Assembly (NCBI GenBank): GCA_049695975.1
Contig: JBAVTE010000024.1
Location: forward strand, 1-63,402
Length of the DNA stretch: 63,402 nucleotides
From: Minisyncoccia bacterium
Lineage (GTDB): Bacteria; Patescibacteriota; Minisyncoccia; Phycocordibacterales; GWA1-40-21
Direction of reading: 5' to 3'
The notes under the pieces were generated by a model, which did no database searches, was not told where the DNA came from, and saw only the letters and a list, made by a program, of their open reading frames with translations. Of this stretch, positions 25,112 to 33,654 are shown in pieces (position 1 is the first letter of the stretch; every line of letters starts with the position of its first letter). The position numbers were made by a program, and so were the translations under genes.

Positions 25112-25852
25112 ATGAAAATACCTATATTATACGAAGACAAAGATATTTTAGTGATCAACAAGCCCGCAGGACTTGTGGTGCATTCTGATGGAAGAACGAA
25201 AGAAAAAACCTTAGTTGATTGGATTTTAAAAAAATATCCGAAAGTGAAAAATGTGGGGGAAGATATTATCCAGAAAGATGGAACTGTTTTAAAAAGACCA
25301 GGAATAGTGCACAGAATAGATAGAGATACTTCTGGAGTCCTTGTAATTGCTAAAAACCAGAAATCATTTTTGTTTCTCAAAAAACAATTTCAAGATAGAG
25401 AAATTTACAAAGTTTATCATGCATTTTTGTACGGTGAACTTAAAGAGGTCCGCGGAATGATAGACAGACCGATAGGACGAAGCAGTACCGATTTTAGAAA
25501 GTGGACAGCTCAAAGAGGAAGAGGAGAGGAGAGGGAAGCTGTGACATATTTTAAAATGATTATTGCAAAAGATGGATTTTCTTTTGTCGAAGCAATCCCA
25601 AAAACTGGTAGAACTCACCAGATTAGGGTGCATTTTAGAGCAATAGACTATCCTATAGTGATGGATGCACTTTATGCACCGGAGTCGATGTTGAAAAACA
25701 GAAAACAATTGGGTTTCCAAAGACACGCTTTGCATGCGAGATCTATCGAAATTGAACTTATTAACGGTAATAAGAAAGAAATAGTGGCACCATATCCAGA
25801 GGATTTTCAAAAAGCGCTTATTAAAATTGGTTTGAAAAAACTTGTAAATTAG
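25112..25852 (+). CDS. RluA/RluD-family pseudouridine synthase
   Basis: HRIDRDTSGVLV catalytic motif. Confidence 0.8.
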   Translation: MKIPILYEDKDILVINKPAGLVVHSDGRTKEKTLVDWILKKYPKVKNVGEDIIQKDGTVLKRPGIVHRIDRDTSGVLVIAKNQKSFLFLKKQFQDREIYKVYHAFLYGELKEVRGMIDRPIGRSSTDFRKWTAQRGRGEEREAVTYFKMIIAKDGFSFVEAIPKTGRTHQIRVHFRAIDYPIVMDALYAPESMLKNRKQLGFQRHALHARSIEIELINGNKKEIVAPYPEDFQKALIKIGLKKLVN

Positions 25853-25880
25853 GGTAGGTTGTGTTAGATTATTATTTATT

Positions 25881-26318
25881 ATGGAATTAAAAAATATAAA
25901 GATTTCACCAGTTAATATGGAAGAGAGAAAAGGTTTAGATATTCGATCTGGTGATACTATTCGTGTTTGGCAGAAAATTCAAGAAGGTGATAAAACAAGA
26001 ACACAAGCTTTTGAAGGAATTGTACTTGCAAAAAAGCATGGTAAAGAAGCTGGTTCTATGATTACAGTCAGAAAGATAATAGAAGGAGTTGGAGTGGAGA
26101 GGATTTTTCCGCTTTATTCCCCATCTATAGATAAAGTTGAAATTTTGAGAAGAGCAAATGTTAGAAGAGCTAAACTATATTATATTAGAACAAAAGCTGT
26201 AAAAGAAATAAGAAGAGGTATGAAGAGCACACTTCTAGAAGCAAGAAAAGAATCAAACACAGACACTTCATCAAAAAAAGCTAAAAAAACAGAAGAAAAA
26301 ACAGAAGGAAAAGAGTAA
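25881..26318 (+). CDS. rplS: 50S ribosomal protein L19 with a Lys/Glu-rich C-terminal tail
   Basis: Matches the L19 core (RSGDTIRV..KIQEGDKTRTQAFEG..., ERIFPLYSP). Confidence 0.9.
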   Translation: MELKNIKISPVNMEERKGLDIRSGDTIRVWQKIQEGDKTRTQAFEGIVLAKKHGKEAGSMITVRKIIEGVGVERIFPLYSPSIDKVEILRRANVRRAKLYYIRTKAVKEIRRGMKSTLLEARKESNTDTSSKKAKKTEEKTEGKE

Positions 26319-26340
26319 GATTAATTAAATTAAGAAATTA

Positions 26341-26375
26341 AAAAGGTCCACGATCAGATCGCGGGTCTTTTTTTT
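26341..26375 (+). terminator. Intrinsic terminator with an ATCAGAT centre
   Basis: GGTCCACG-ATCAGAT-CGCGGGTC followed by T8. Confidence 0.6.
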
Positions 26376-26414
26376 GTTGATTTTTTTTCCATTTTGAAGC
26401 ATAATGTCTTTTAT

Positions 26415-26498
26415 GCACGGGTGGCGAAACTGGTAGACGCACTACCTTGAGGTGGTAGCGCCCGCAAGGGCATGGAAGTTCAAGTCTTCTCCCGTGCA
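26415..26498 (+). tRNA. tRNA-Leu (anticodon GAG), long variable arm, CCA not encoded
   Basis: Acceptor GCACGGG/CCCGTGC, anticodon loop TTGAGGT, variable arm CGCCCGCAAGGGCAT. A promoter TTGATT-17-CATAAT lies at 26377-26405. Confidence 0.85.
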
Positions 26499-26541
26499 CA
26501 GACATTAAAAAAGGCGCATCAAGCGCCTTTTTTAATGTCTG
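26499..26541 (+). terminator. Long perfect hairpin terminator CAGACATTAAAAAAGGCGC-ATCAA-GCGCCTTTTTTAATGTCTG
   Basis: 19-bp stem immediately after the tRNA discriminator base. Confidence 0.7.
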
Positions 26542-26661
26542 CTGGAGAAGACTTGAAAGACGGAAATCATTTTTCTAGCAAGAAAAATGATTGAGTCGAG
26601 GTCGACAGTATCTGTGAGCGACGGCGAACAGAAAACTGGTAATCAAGTCCTCTCTCGTGCA
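26542..26661 (+). repeat. G+C-rich hairpin-module element E3, ending in a degenerate direct copy of the tRNA-Leu 3' end
   Basis: Modules are at 26544-26557 (inverted T-arm copy), 26565-26592 (loop CTAGCAAG), 26611-26632 (loop GAGCGACGGCGA) and 26638-26661 (pseudo 3' end). Confidence 0.7.
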
Positions 26662-26738
26662 AATTTGAATTTTTTTTGAATTGGGGATACTATTTGTATA
26701 GTCGTTTTTTGTTTATTAAATTTTAAATAATTGAATCT

Positions 26739-27083
26739 ATGAAAAAAATATCTAAAAAGTCAGTTAAAAAAGTAATTAAGAAAGCAGTTAAAAAAACTGT
26801 TAAAAAAGTAGCCAAAAAAATAGAGAAGGAGAAAAAAGAAAAAGTGATTGGCGTAGTCACTCATTGGTATGACGGCATTAGTGTTGCCGTAATCAAACTC
26901 TCGGGAGCCTTAAAAGTTGGTGATAAAATAAAAGTAAAAAGAGGTGAAGAAGAATTTGAAGAGAAAATTGAATCAATGCAACTAGATCATAAAGCTATAA
27001 AATCTGGCAAGAAAGGAAAGGAAATTGCAATTAAACTTAGTGGAAAAACAAAAGAAGGGGCTGAAATTTTTATAGTAAAATAA
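26739..27083 (+). CDS. Hypothetical protein with a Lys-rich N-terminus and a small beta-barrel-like C-terminal domain
   Basis: 114-aa ORF. The C-terminus (GDKIKVKRGEEEFEEKIESMQLDHKAIK..GKEIAIKL) recalls EF-Tu domain-2-like barrels. Confidence 0.45.
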   Translation: MKKISKKSVKKVIKKAVKKTVKKVAKKIEKEKKEKVIGVVTHWYDGISVAVIKLSGALKVGDKIKVKRGEEEFEEKIESMQLDHKAIKSGKKGKEIAIKLSGKTKEGAEIFIVK

Positions 27084-27635
27084 ATGTTTTATACCAAAAA
27101 AGGTGATGATGGAAAAACGCAGGTTTTCGGCTGTGATCAAAGATTATCAAAAAGTTCTGCTGTAGCGGAGGCCCTTGGAGTGCTTGATGAAGGAAATTCT
27201 TTTCTTGGAATTTGCAAAATAAAACTCTTTAAAGAAGACATCGATGTTTTTGGTGAGAAAGAATCTTTGTTAATAGAAGAAATTCAGAATAATCTTTTTA
27301 CAATTCAAGCTCAAATCGCCAGTGTAGATAAAAAAGTTTTATATAAAGAAGTAGAAAAGATTGAAAATTTAATTATAAAAATCGAAACTGTTATTCCGCC
27401 AGTTAAAAGTTTTATTGTTTCAGGATCTTGTGAAATATCTGCATTGTTTGATTTTGCTAGAGCGCTTATAAGAACGGCAGAGAGGAGAGTAGTAGCAGTA
27501 TCTGAGGAAGGTTTGGTAAAAATAGATGAAAATTCTTTAAAATATTTAAATCGTCTTTCAAGTTTTCTTTTTGCTTTAGCTAGACATAATGCCTATAAAT
27601 CTGGTATAAATGAGGGGTCGCCGATTTACAAGTAG
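27084..27635 (+). CDS. PduO-type ATP:cob(I)alamin adenosyltransferase-like protein
   Basis: N-terminal YTKKGDDGKT motif and a helical-bundle length of about 180 aa. Confidence 0.65.
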   Translation: MFYTKKGDDGKTQVFGCDQRLSKSSAVAEALGVLDEGNSFLGICKIKLFKEDIDVFGEKESLLIEEIQNNLFTIQAQIASVDKKVLYKEVEKIENLIIKIETVIPPVKSFIVSGSCEISALFDFARALIRTAERRVVAVSEEGLVKIDENSLKYLNRLSSFLFALARHNAYKSGINEGSPIYK

Positions 27636-27660
27636 TTCTTGTGTGAGATAGGCGAGATAT

Positions 27661-27735
27661 GGTGGCTATGGTGTAGCGGTAGCACAAGAGTTTGTGGAAC
27701 TCTTTGTTCGGGTTCAACCCCCGATAGCCACCCCA
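27661..27735 (+). tRNA. tRNA-His (anticodon GTG) with encoded G-1 and encoded 3' CCA
   Basis: G-1 followed by GTGGCTA/TAGCCAC, discriminator C73, anticodon loop TTGTGGA, then CCA at 27733-27735. Confidence 0.85.
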
Positions 27736-27790
27736 TTGAACTTTCTTTACTAGGTGTTAGTATGTAGACATTATCAACTAATATAATTTT

Positions 27791-28546
27791 ATGTATTACA
27801 TTATTTTAATCATCGTTATTCTCATTTTTCTTTCTCTAAAAGTAGTCAAAGAATATGACAGAGGTGTGATTTTCTTTCTTGGTAAATGTACCGGTGTGCG
27901 GGGTCCTGGGCTTATTATTTTGATACCAATTTTTGAACTTATGACCAAGGTTACTTTGCGAACTATCACTATGAACATTCCTTCACAGAAGATTATTACC
28001 AAAGATAATGTTTCTATCGATATTGCAGCCGTTGCTTATTATCATATTGTTGATCCACAAAAGTCTGTAATAGCTATTGAAAATGTTTATGACGCAGTCA
28101 ATCAGATTAGCCAGACCACAGTCCGAAATGTTGTCGGGCGTTTTTCTCTTGATCAGCTTCTTTCGCAAACTAGCGATATCAATATTCAGATTAAAGATGT
28201 GATTGATGCTCATACTGAGCCATGGGGTGCCCAGGTGACCGCTGTAGAGATTAAAGACATTATTTTGCCGGATAATATGCAGAGAGCTATGGCAAAAGAA
28301 GCCGAGGCGGAAAGAGAAAGGCGTGCTAAAATTGTTGCTGCCCAAGGTGAATTTCAGGCTGCTGAAAAGCTTGGACAAGCGGCAGATCTTATCGCAGCAC
28401 ATCCAGTGGCTTTGCAACTTCGAACATTGCAAACTATGTCGGAGATAGCCACCGAAAAGAACTCAACGATTATTTTCCCTGCCCAATTTATGACTACTGT
28501 TCAGGAGGCCATTGCAACAATAAGGGGCGATTCAAAGAGTAAATAA
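27791..28546 (+). CDS. SPFH/band-7 (stomatin-like) membrane protein
   Basis: N-terminal TM helix followed by [14 protein letters not shown]... and the [11 protein letters not shown] coiled region. Confidence 0.8.
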   Translation: MYYIILIIVILIFLSLKVVKEYDRGVIFFLGKCTGVRGPGLIILIPIFELMTKVTLRTITMNIPSQKIITKDNVSIDIAAVAYYHIVDPQKSVIAIENVYDAVNQISQTTVRNVVGRFSLDQLLSQTSDINIQIKDVIDAHTEPWGAQVTAVEIKDIILPDNMQRAMAKEAEAERERRAKIVAAQGEFQAAEKLGQAADLIAAHPVALQLRTLQTMSEIATEKNSTIIFPAQFMTTVQEAIATIRGDSKSK

Positions 28547-28597
28547 TATTAAATAGGAGAACTTTCATTTTTAAAAAAAACATACTATAATCTAAAT

Positions 28598-28819
28598 ATG
28601 AGATTTGAATCAAATGTGATAGAAATTGATCAAGAAAAGGAAAACGCTGAAATGGCTATTATGAGTATGCGAGATGAAGTGGCTGTAATGGGTTTTAATG
28701 ATTATGAAATGTCAGCTTTTGACAAAATTTTATCAGATTTAGACATAAGTCTAATATCTCCTCAAGAAGCTGTAGAAAAAGCCTACGCGATAAAGGCAAA
28801 CAAGCAGGATTATCATTAA
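28598..28819 (+). CDS. Small hypothetical protein
   Basis: 73-aa ORF. Confidence 0.35.
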   Translation: MRFESNVIEIDQEKENAEMAIMSMRDEVAVMGFNDYEMSAFDKILSDLDISLISPQEAVEKAYAIKANKQDYH

Positions 28820-28868
28820 TTATTAGGTAAGATTGAGATTGAGGTTTAAACTTGATATAATTTAAGGT

Positions 28869-29312
28869 ATGGAAAATCAAATTGAAGATTCGGAGGACTC
28901 ATTGAGGATATGGAGAATAATTCGTGTCTTATTTTTTCAAGTAGTTTTAGCTTATGCTATTTATATTACACTAAATTTTCCATTTGGGGTTTGGGCCACA
29001 ATTTCTTGTGGCGACAGTTCTGACTGCAAGGTTCCTTCCGTAATTTCTATTGTTGGAAATTTTGAGTATTTAATAATTTTTCTAGGAGCGTTCTTTTCAT
29101 TATTATTTATTTCTTTAAAAACTGAACTTATTAAAAGAAAAAGACGAGAAACTAATTATATAATTATAATCAGTACATTATTTGTTTTTCTTTTTTCTTA
29201 TGCTCTATTTTTCTTTCTCTTTTCTCCACCTTCCATAATCTTTAGTCTTTTAACATCCATTGCATATTTCTTTAGTACATCTAGCATTATCAAAAGAATC
29301 ATATTTGAATAA
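28869..29312 (+). CDS. Hypothetical multi-TM membrane protein
   Basis: 147-aa hydrophobic ORF. Confidence 0.4.
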   Translation: MENQIEDSEDSLRIWRIIRVLFFQVVLAYAIYITLNFPFGVWATISCGDSSDCKVPSVISIVGNFEYLIIFLGAFFSLLFISLKTELIKRKRRETNYIIIISTLFVFLFSYALFFFLFSPPSIIFSLLTSIAYFFSTSSIIKRIIFE

Positions 29313-29348
29313 TAAAAGTATATAACTAATTAGATTGCAATCTGATTT

Positions 29349-30098
29349 TTATTTAGTACTTCTTTTCCAATTATCCAGAATCACAGAAGTTGCGATGGCG
29401 ACATTGAGTGACTCGGCCTTGCCGAAAGAGGGGATGGTGATTTTTTGGGTTACGATATTTTCGAGATCTTTGCTTATGCCATTTGATTCATTGCCCATGA
29501 GGAGGATTCCTGATTTGGGGAAATTAAAAGTATGGACATTTTCACCTGACATAAATGTGCCGAAAATTGGTAATCCAATTTTCGGCAGGGTTTCTGCGAG
29601 ATTTGCATAGGAAATGTTAATTCTCAAAAATGAACCCTTTGTGGCGGAAATAACTTTTGGATTGTAAAAGTCTACTGTGTTTTCACTCGCAATAATTTTT
29701 GTGATTCCATACCAGTCGGCAATACGGATGATTGTTCCTAGGTTTCCTGGGTCTTTTATTTCATCAAGGGCAATTAAAATTTCGTTTTTATCTACTTCAA
29801 ATTTATTATTTTCTTTTTGTTTTACAATAGCCAGCACAGAGTCATTACTTTCAAGTGTTCCTACTTTTTCTATCTCGCTATGTTCTACTACATCGTAGCC
29901 GACATTTTTATCTTTGATCAAATTTCTATTTTTATCAAAAAAATCTGCTGTACAGAGTAGGTAGTCTATATTCCAATCGGAATTAAAAAGCTCCAATACA
30001 TTTTTCTCTCCTTCAACCAGAAAAAGCCCGAGTTCATTGCGGTGTTTTTTATCGTGCAGAGATTTTATGAGTTTTGCTTGATTTTTCGTAAAAGCCAT
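29349..30098 (-). CDS. TrmH/SpoU-family RNA 2'-O-methyltransferase
   Basis: DPGNLGTIIRIADW and GNESNGIS...IPSFGKAESLNVA motifs. The start was moved to MAFTKNQ. Confidence 0.8.
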   Translation of the reverse strand: MAFTKNQAKLIKSLHDKKHRNELGLFLVEGEKNVLELFNSDWNIDYLLCTADFFDKNRNLIKDKNVGYDVVEHSEIEKVGTLESNDSVLAIVKQKENNKFEVDKNEILIALDEIKDPGNLGTIIRIADWYGITKIIASENTVDFYNPKVISATKGSFLRINISYANLAETLPKIGLPIFGTFMSGENVHTFNFPKSGILLMGNESNGISKDLENIVTQKITIPSFGKAESLNVAIATSVILDNWKRSTK

Positions 30099-30182
30099 AT
30101 AAATAACATAACACAAAAGCTCGATTATTTAAAGTATCAAACATATTGAAAATACCCTAGGGGGGTATATACTTATACCATT

Positions 30183-30446
30183 ATGAATAAGGAAGAAATT
30201 AAATTGGTTCGCAGATTGAAGATCATTGAAGGACAAATAAGGGGATTACAAGAAATGTTGGAAAGGGATGCATATTGCATAGATATTATTACCCAGACCT
30301 CCGCAGTAAAACAGGCTCTTTCTGGGGTAGAGGATGCCCTTATGGAAAACCATCTAGGTACATGTCTCATCGCACAAATAAAAAATGGCAAAGAAAAGAA
30401 AGCGACGGGCGAGATTCTCAAGGTTTATCGTTTAAAAAGAAAATAA
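30183..30446 (+). CDS. csoR: CsoR/RcnR-family metal-sensing repressor
   Basis: RLKIIEGQIRGLQEML..AYCIDIITQ...HLGTC, the C-H-C ligand pattern. Confidence 0.8.
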   Translation: MNKEEIKLVRRLKIIEGQIRGLQEMLERDAYCIDIITQTSAVKQALSGVEDALMENHLGTCLIAQIKNGKEKKATGEILKVYRLKRK

Positions 30447-30448
30447 TT

Positions 30449-30602
30449 ATGGAAGTAATGTCAGAAGATAAGTTCAATAAGATTAAAGATTTTCAATCAG
30501 AAGGTAAAATCGTGGTGATGTCCGGAGATGGAGTAAAAAATGGCATTTTCTAGTGTTTCTGTGGTCGGAAATTCTCTTCGTATTAAAATTAAAAAATTAT
30601 GA
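30449..30602 (+). pseudogene. copA: Relic of a copper P1B-type ATPase (CopA): only about 55 C-terminal codons remain, in two frames
   Basis: Frame 1: SEDKFNKIKDFQSEGKIVVMSGDGVKNG is the PEDK...VAMVGDGIND hinge. Frame 2 (30540-30602): MAFSSVSVVGNSLRIKIKKL* is the canonical CopA C-terminus. Confidence 0.7.
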
Positions 30603-31633
30603 GTAATCAAACACAACAAGAATATATTTTTCATGTAAGTGGTATGCATTGTAAAACCTGTGTTTTACTAACAGAAAGCGAACTTAAAGATATTCCATAC
30701 ATCACAAGCGCAAAAACAAATCTATATGGAAATACACTTGAAGTGAAGGGGAACTTCGGTAATAAGTCACAAGCCACTGTTGCAGATGATCTTACAAAAA
30801 TTCTTTTCAAACACGGTTATACTTTATCGGTTGAAAAACAAATTATAAATAAAAACTGGGGAGATTTTATATTTGCTGTGCCGATAGTCTTGGTATTTAT
30901 TATTTTATTTATTATTCTTCAAAAAATTGGTTTAGTAAATCTAATAAGTACGATTGATGTGTCATATGGGACTGCTTTCATAGTTGGAATTATTGCTTCA
31001 CTTTCCTCATGTCTTGCCGTCGTTGGTGGACTTTTACTTTCCATGTCGGTAACATTTGCGAGAGAAGGAGACAAGGTACGTCCACAGATTTTGTTTCACA
31101 TAGGGCGTATTGTCTCATTCTTTGTCTCGGGAGGTATTATTGGAGCTATTGGTTCTGTATTTACCTTAGGTTTTCTTGCTTCATTTATTTTGAGTATTGT
31201 CGTTGGTATTGTAATGCTAATTCTCGGAATAAATCTTTTTGATATTTTTCATTTTACCAAAAAACTTCAGCCTGCAATGCCAAAATTCTTTTCCAAACAT
31301 GCTTTTGAGTTTTCAAAACTAAATCATTCTCTCACACCACTTCTTGTGGGTGTTATGACTTTCTTTTTACCTTGCGGTTTTACACAGTCAATGCAAATTT
31401 ATACTCTTTCCACAGGAAGTTTTTTAAAAGGAGGATTCACGATGCTGGCATTTGCACTGGGGACACTACCAATACTCGCTCTTATAAGTTTTAGTTCGTT
31501 TAGTATTAAAAACAGTTCAAAATCAGGTATTTTTTTCAAATCAGCAGGACTCATAGTAATAATCTTTGCGCTTTTCAATCTAATTAATAGTATGGTTGCG
31601 TTTGGCCTTATATCCCCGATATTCAATTTATAA
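30599..31633 (+). CDS. HMA (heavy-metal-associated) domain fused to a TauE/SafE- or DsbD_2-like permease
   Basis: N-terminal VSGMHCKTCV metal-binding motif followed by about 7 TM helices. Confidence 0.65.
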   Translation: MSNQTQQEYIFHVSGMHCKTCVLLTESELKDIPYITSAKTNLYGNTLEVKGNFGNKSQATVADDLTKILFKHGYTLSVEKQIINKNWGDFIFAVPIVLVFIILFIILQKIGLVNLISTIDVSYGTAFIVGIIASLSSCLAVVGGLLLSMSVTFAREGDKVRPQILFHIGRIVSFFVSGGIIGAIGSVFTLGFLASFILSIVVGIVMLILGINLFDIFHFTKKLQPAMPKFFSKHAFEFSKLNHSLTPLLVGVMTFFLPCGFTQSMQIYTLSTGSFLKGGFTMLAFALGTLPILALISFSSFSIKNSSKSGIFFKSAGLIVIIFALFNLINSMVAFGLISPIFNL

Positions 31634-31643
31634 GATATAAAAG

Positions 31644-32078
31644 ATGATTAAAATGAAAGCAATAATAATATCAATTATAATTACAGTCGTATTTATCGGA
31701 GGATCTATTTTTTTTACTAAAGGAAAATTTCAGACGGAAATAAATACTCAAGTTCAAACACAAACCAGCGTAGAAAGTACTATTTCTACAGGTAATGTAA
31801 GTATAGAAAATGGAAAACAAATTATTTCAATAACTGCGAGAGGTGGATATTCTCCAAGAGTAAACAGTGCAAAGGCTGGTATTCCTACAGTTTTGAGATT
31901 TATCACGAATAAGACTTTTGATTGTTCATCATTTGTTCAAATTTCAAGTATTAATATAAATAAAATGCTTCCACAAACAGGTACAACCGACATAGATTTG
32001 GGCTCCCCTAGAGCAGGAATATTTTATGGAACTTGTGGAATGGGAATGTATTCATTTGAAATTAACTTTCAAAATTAA
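31644..32078 (+). CDS. Membrane-anchored cupredoxin-like protein
   Basis: TM helix followed by a beta-rich domain ending in YGTCGMGMYSFEI, a Cupredoxin_1-like Cys/Met ligand region. Confidence 0.45.
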   Translation: MIKMKAIIISIIITVVFIGGSIFFTKGKFQTEINTQVQTQTSVESTISTGNVSIENGKQIISITARGGYSPRVNSAKAGIPTVLRFITNKTFDCSSFVQISSININKMLPQTGTTDIDLGSPRAGIFYGTCGMGMYSFEINFQN

Positions 32079-32117
32079 TTCATAATTTTGTGTTAGAATG
32101 TAAGTATTATTAGAATA

Positions 32118-32531
32118 ATGATGTATAAAAATATGAAAGGATATATAAAAAATATTGAGTCAGAAACTATCGCGAATGAATCTTTTAGAAAAGTTTTATA
32201 TACAGGGAAACATAGTCAACTTGTGGTGATGACCTTGCAACCAAATGAAGAAATAGGAATGGAGGTGCATGAAACAGTGGATCAGTTTTTTAGAATCGAA
32301 GCAGGTGAAGGGAAGGTTGTGATAGACGGTGTGGAGACAAAAGTAGGGGATGGTTTTGGTATTATTGTACCAGCTCACGCAATGCACAATGTAATAAATA
32401 CTTCCTCGACTGAGACATTGAAACTTTATACAATTTACAGTCCTGCGGAACATGAGGATGGTATTGAGAGAAAGACAAAAGCGGATGCACTTAAAATGCC
32501 GGAGGAGTTTAATGGAAAAACTACTGAATAA
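32118..32531 (+). CDS. Cupin-domain protein
   Basis: EEIGMEVHETVDQFFRIEAGEG...VPAHAMHNVIN, the two cupin motifs. Confidence 0.65.
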   Translation: MMYKNMKGYIKNIESETIANESFRKVLYTGKHSQLVVMTLQPNEEIGMEVHETVDQFFRIEAGEGKVVIDGVETKVGDGFGIIVPAHAMHNVINTSSTETLKLYTIYSPAEHEDGIERKTKADALKMPEEFNGKTTE

Positions 32532-32551
32532 TTTATAATTTTTTTCCTTAT

Positions 32552-33124
32552 ATGAAGGTAGAAAATATTAAAATATTAAAAGGTGGTGGGATAGGTGTTA
32601 TACTTACAGACACTATTTTTGGGATTGTAGGCCTTGCTGATTCTCCGGTCGCAGTGAAACGAATATCGGAAATAAAAAAAAGAGATGCAGACAAGGGCTA
32701 TATAATTTTAATCTCTTCGTTTGAAGATTTAAAAGATTTTGGTGTTGAAGTTTCAGAACGGGCCAAAATTTTTTTGAAAAAATTTTGGCCCGGACCTGTT
32801 AGCGTCATTTTTTCTGTAAAAAAAGAAAATTTTTTGCATTTGATTAAACCCAATAATACTTTGGCTTTTCGTATGCCGAATAATACTATTCTACTTAATC
32901 TTCTGAATGAAATAGGCCCTATGGTTGCTCCGAGTGCAAACCCTCAAGGTTTTCCTCCCGCGAAGAATGTGTCTGAAGCAAAAAAATATTTTGGAGATGA
33001 AGTCGATTTTTATGAAGACAAAATTTGTAATAATGATTTATCTTCAACGGTGATAAAAATTGTCGGAGATGAAATAGAAATTATTAGAGAAGGGGCTATC
33101 AAAATAAAGAAAGAGGATTTTTAA
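32552..33124 (+). CDS. tsaC: L-threonylcarbamoyladenylate synthase (TsaC/YrdC family)
   Basis: Blocks LTDTIFGIVG, FWPGPVSVIF and APSANPQG. Confidence 0.75.
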   Translation: MKVENIKILKGGGIGVILTDTIFGIVGLADSPVAVKRISEIKKRDADKGYIILISSFEDLKDFGVEVSERAKIFLKKFWPGPVSVIFSVKKENFLHLIKPNNTLAFRMPNNTILLNLLNEIGPMVAPSANPQGFPPAKNVSEAKKYFGDEVDFYEDKICNNDLSSTVIKIVGDEIEIIREGAIKIKKEDF

Positions 33125-33219
33125 TATTTTGTAAAAAACCGTATAAAAGTTGACATTTGAATAATCTTGTTATAGTATAGTATGAGGATGTTCTTATAAA
33201 AAGAAGAAAGGAGCGAATT

Positions 33220-33444
33220 ATGGCTTCAAGCAAGACAGCTAAAGAAATTTTGAGAGAAAATATCGATAGTTGGGGTGAGCAAAAAATTACTTTACCTATT
33301 AATGCTGATGAGATGAGGATTATTGTTTTAAGCCAAGGCGCTGTCGTTAAAAAATTGAATCATGACAATGATGACGGAACTTTCTTTACCTCGGTGGAGT
33401 ATGAAGGCAAACTCTTTGTTTGTTCTACTTCCTCGAAAATATGA
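33220..33444 (+). CDS. Small hypothetical protein
   Basis: 74-aa ORF with AGGAG 8 nt upstream. Confidence 0.45.
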   Translation: MASSKTAKEILRENIDSWGEQKITLPINADEMRIIVLSQGAVVKKLNHDNDDGTFFTSVEYEGKLFVCSTSSKI

Positions 33445-33455
33445 AAGCCGCACTC

Positions 33456-33489
33456 GATCACGACGCTTCTATAGCGTCGTGATTTTTTT
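33456..33489 (+). terminator. Intrinsic terminator GATCACGACGC-TTCTATA-GCGTCGTGATTTTTTT
   Basis: 11-bp stem followed by a T-tract. Confidence 0.7.
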
Positions 33490-33561
33490 ATTCCGGCTAG
33501 CGAGCAACAGAATAGAAAATTCTGATTTTACATTTTGCCCGAGTGAAGACTGAACACAAGG
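33483..33561 (+). repeat. 79-nt repeat E4 (CTAGCGAG ... CCGAGTGAAGACTGAACACAAG), paralogous to 41528-41606
   Basis: Hand alignment gives roughly 80 percent identity over 79 nt with E6. Confidence 0.7.
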
Positions 33562-33654
33562 TAAATATTTAGTGGTTTTACCACGGGATGTGAGTAAAGC
33601 GAATTCCAAATGTGTGAAGGCAATTACCGAGGTTTAATACCTTTTATTATTTAT

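Noticed and set aside
30275-30553. 92-aa ORF overlapping csoR
   Set aside because: Its first two thirds are an out-of-frame overlap with the clearly real csoR gene. Only its last ~35 codons carry signal (the CopA hinge), so it is reported as a pseudogene relic instead.
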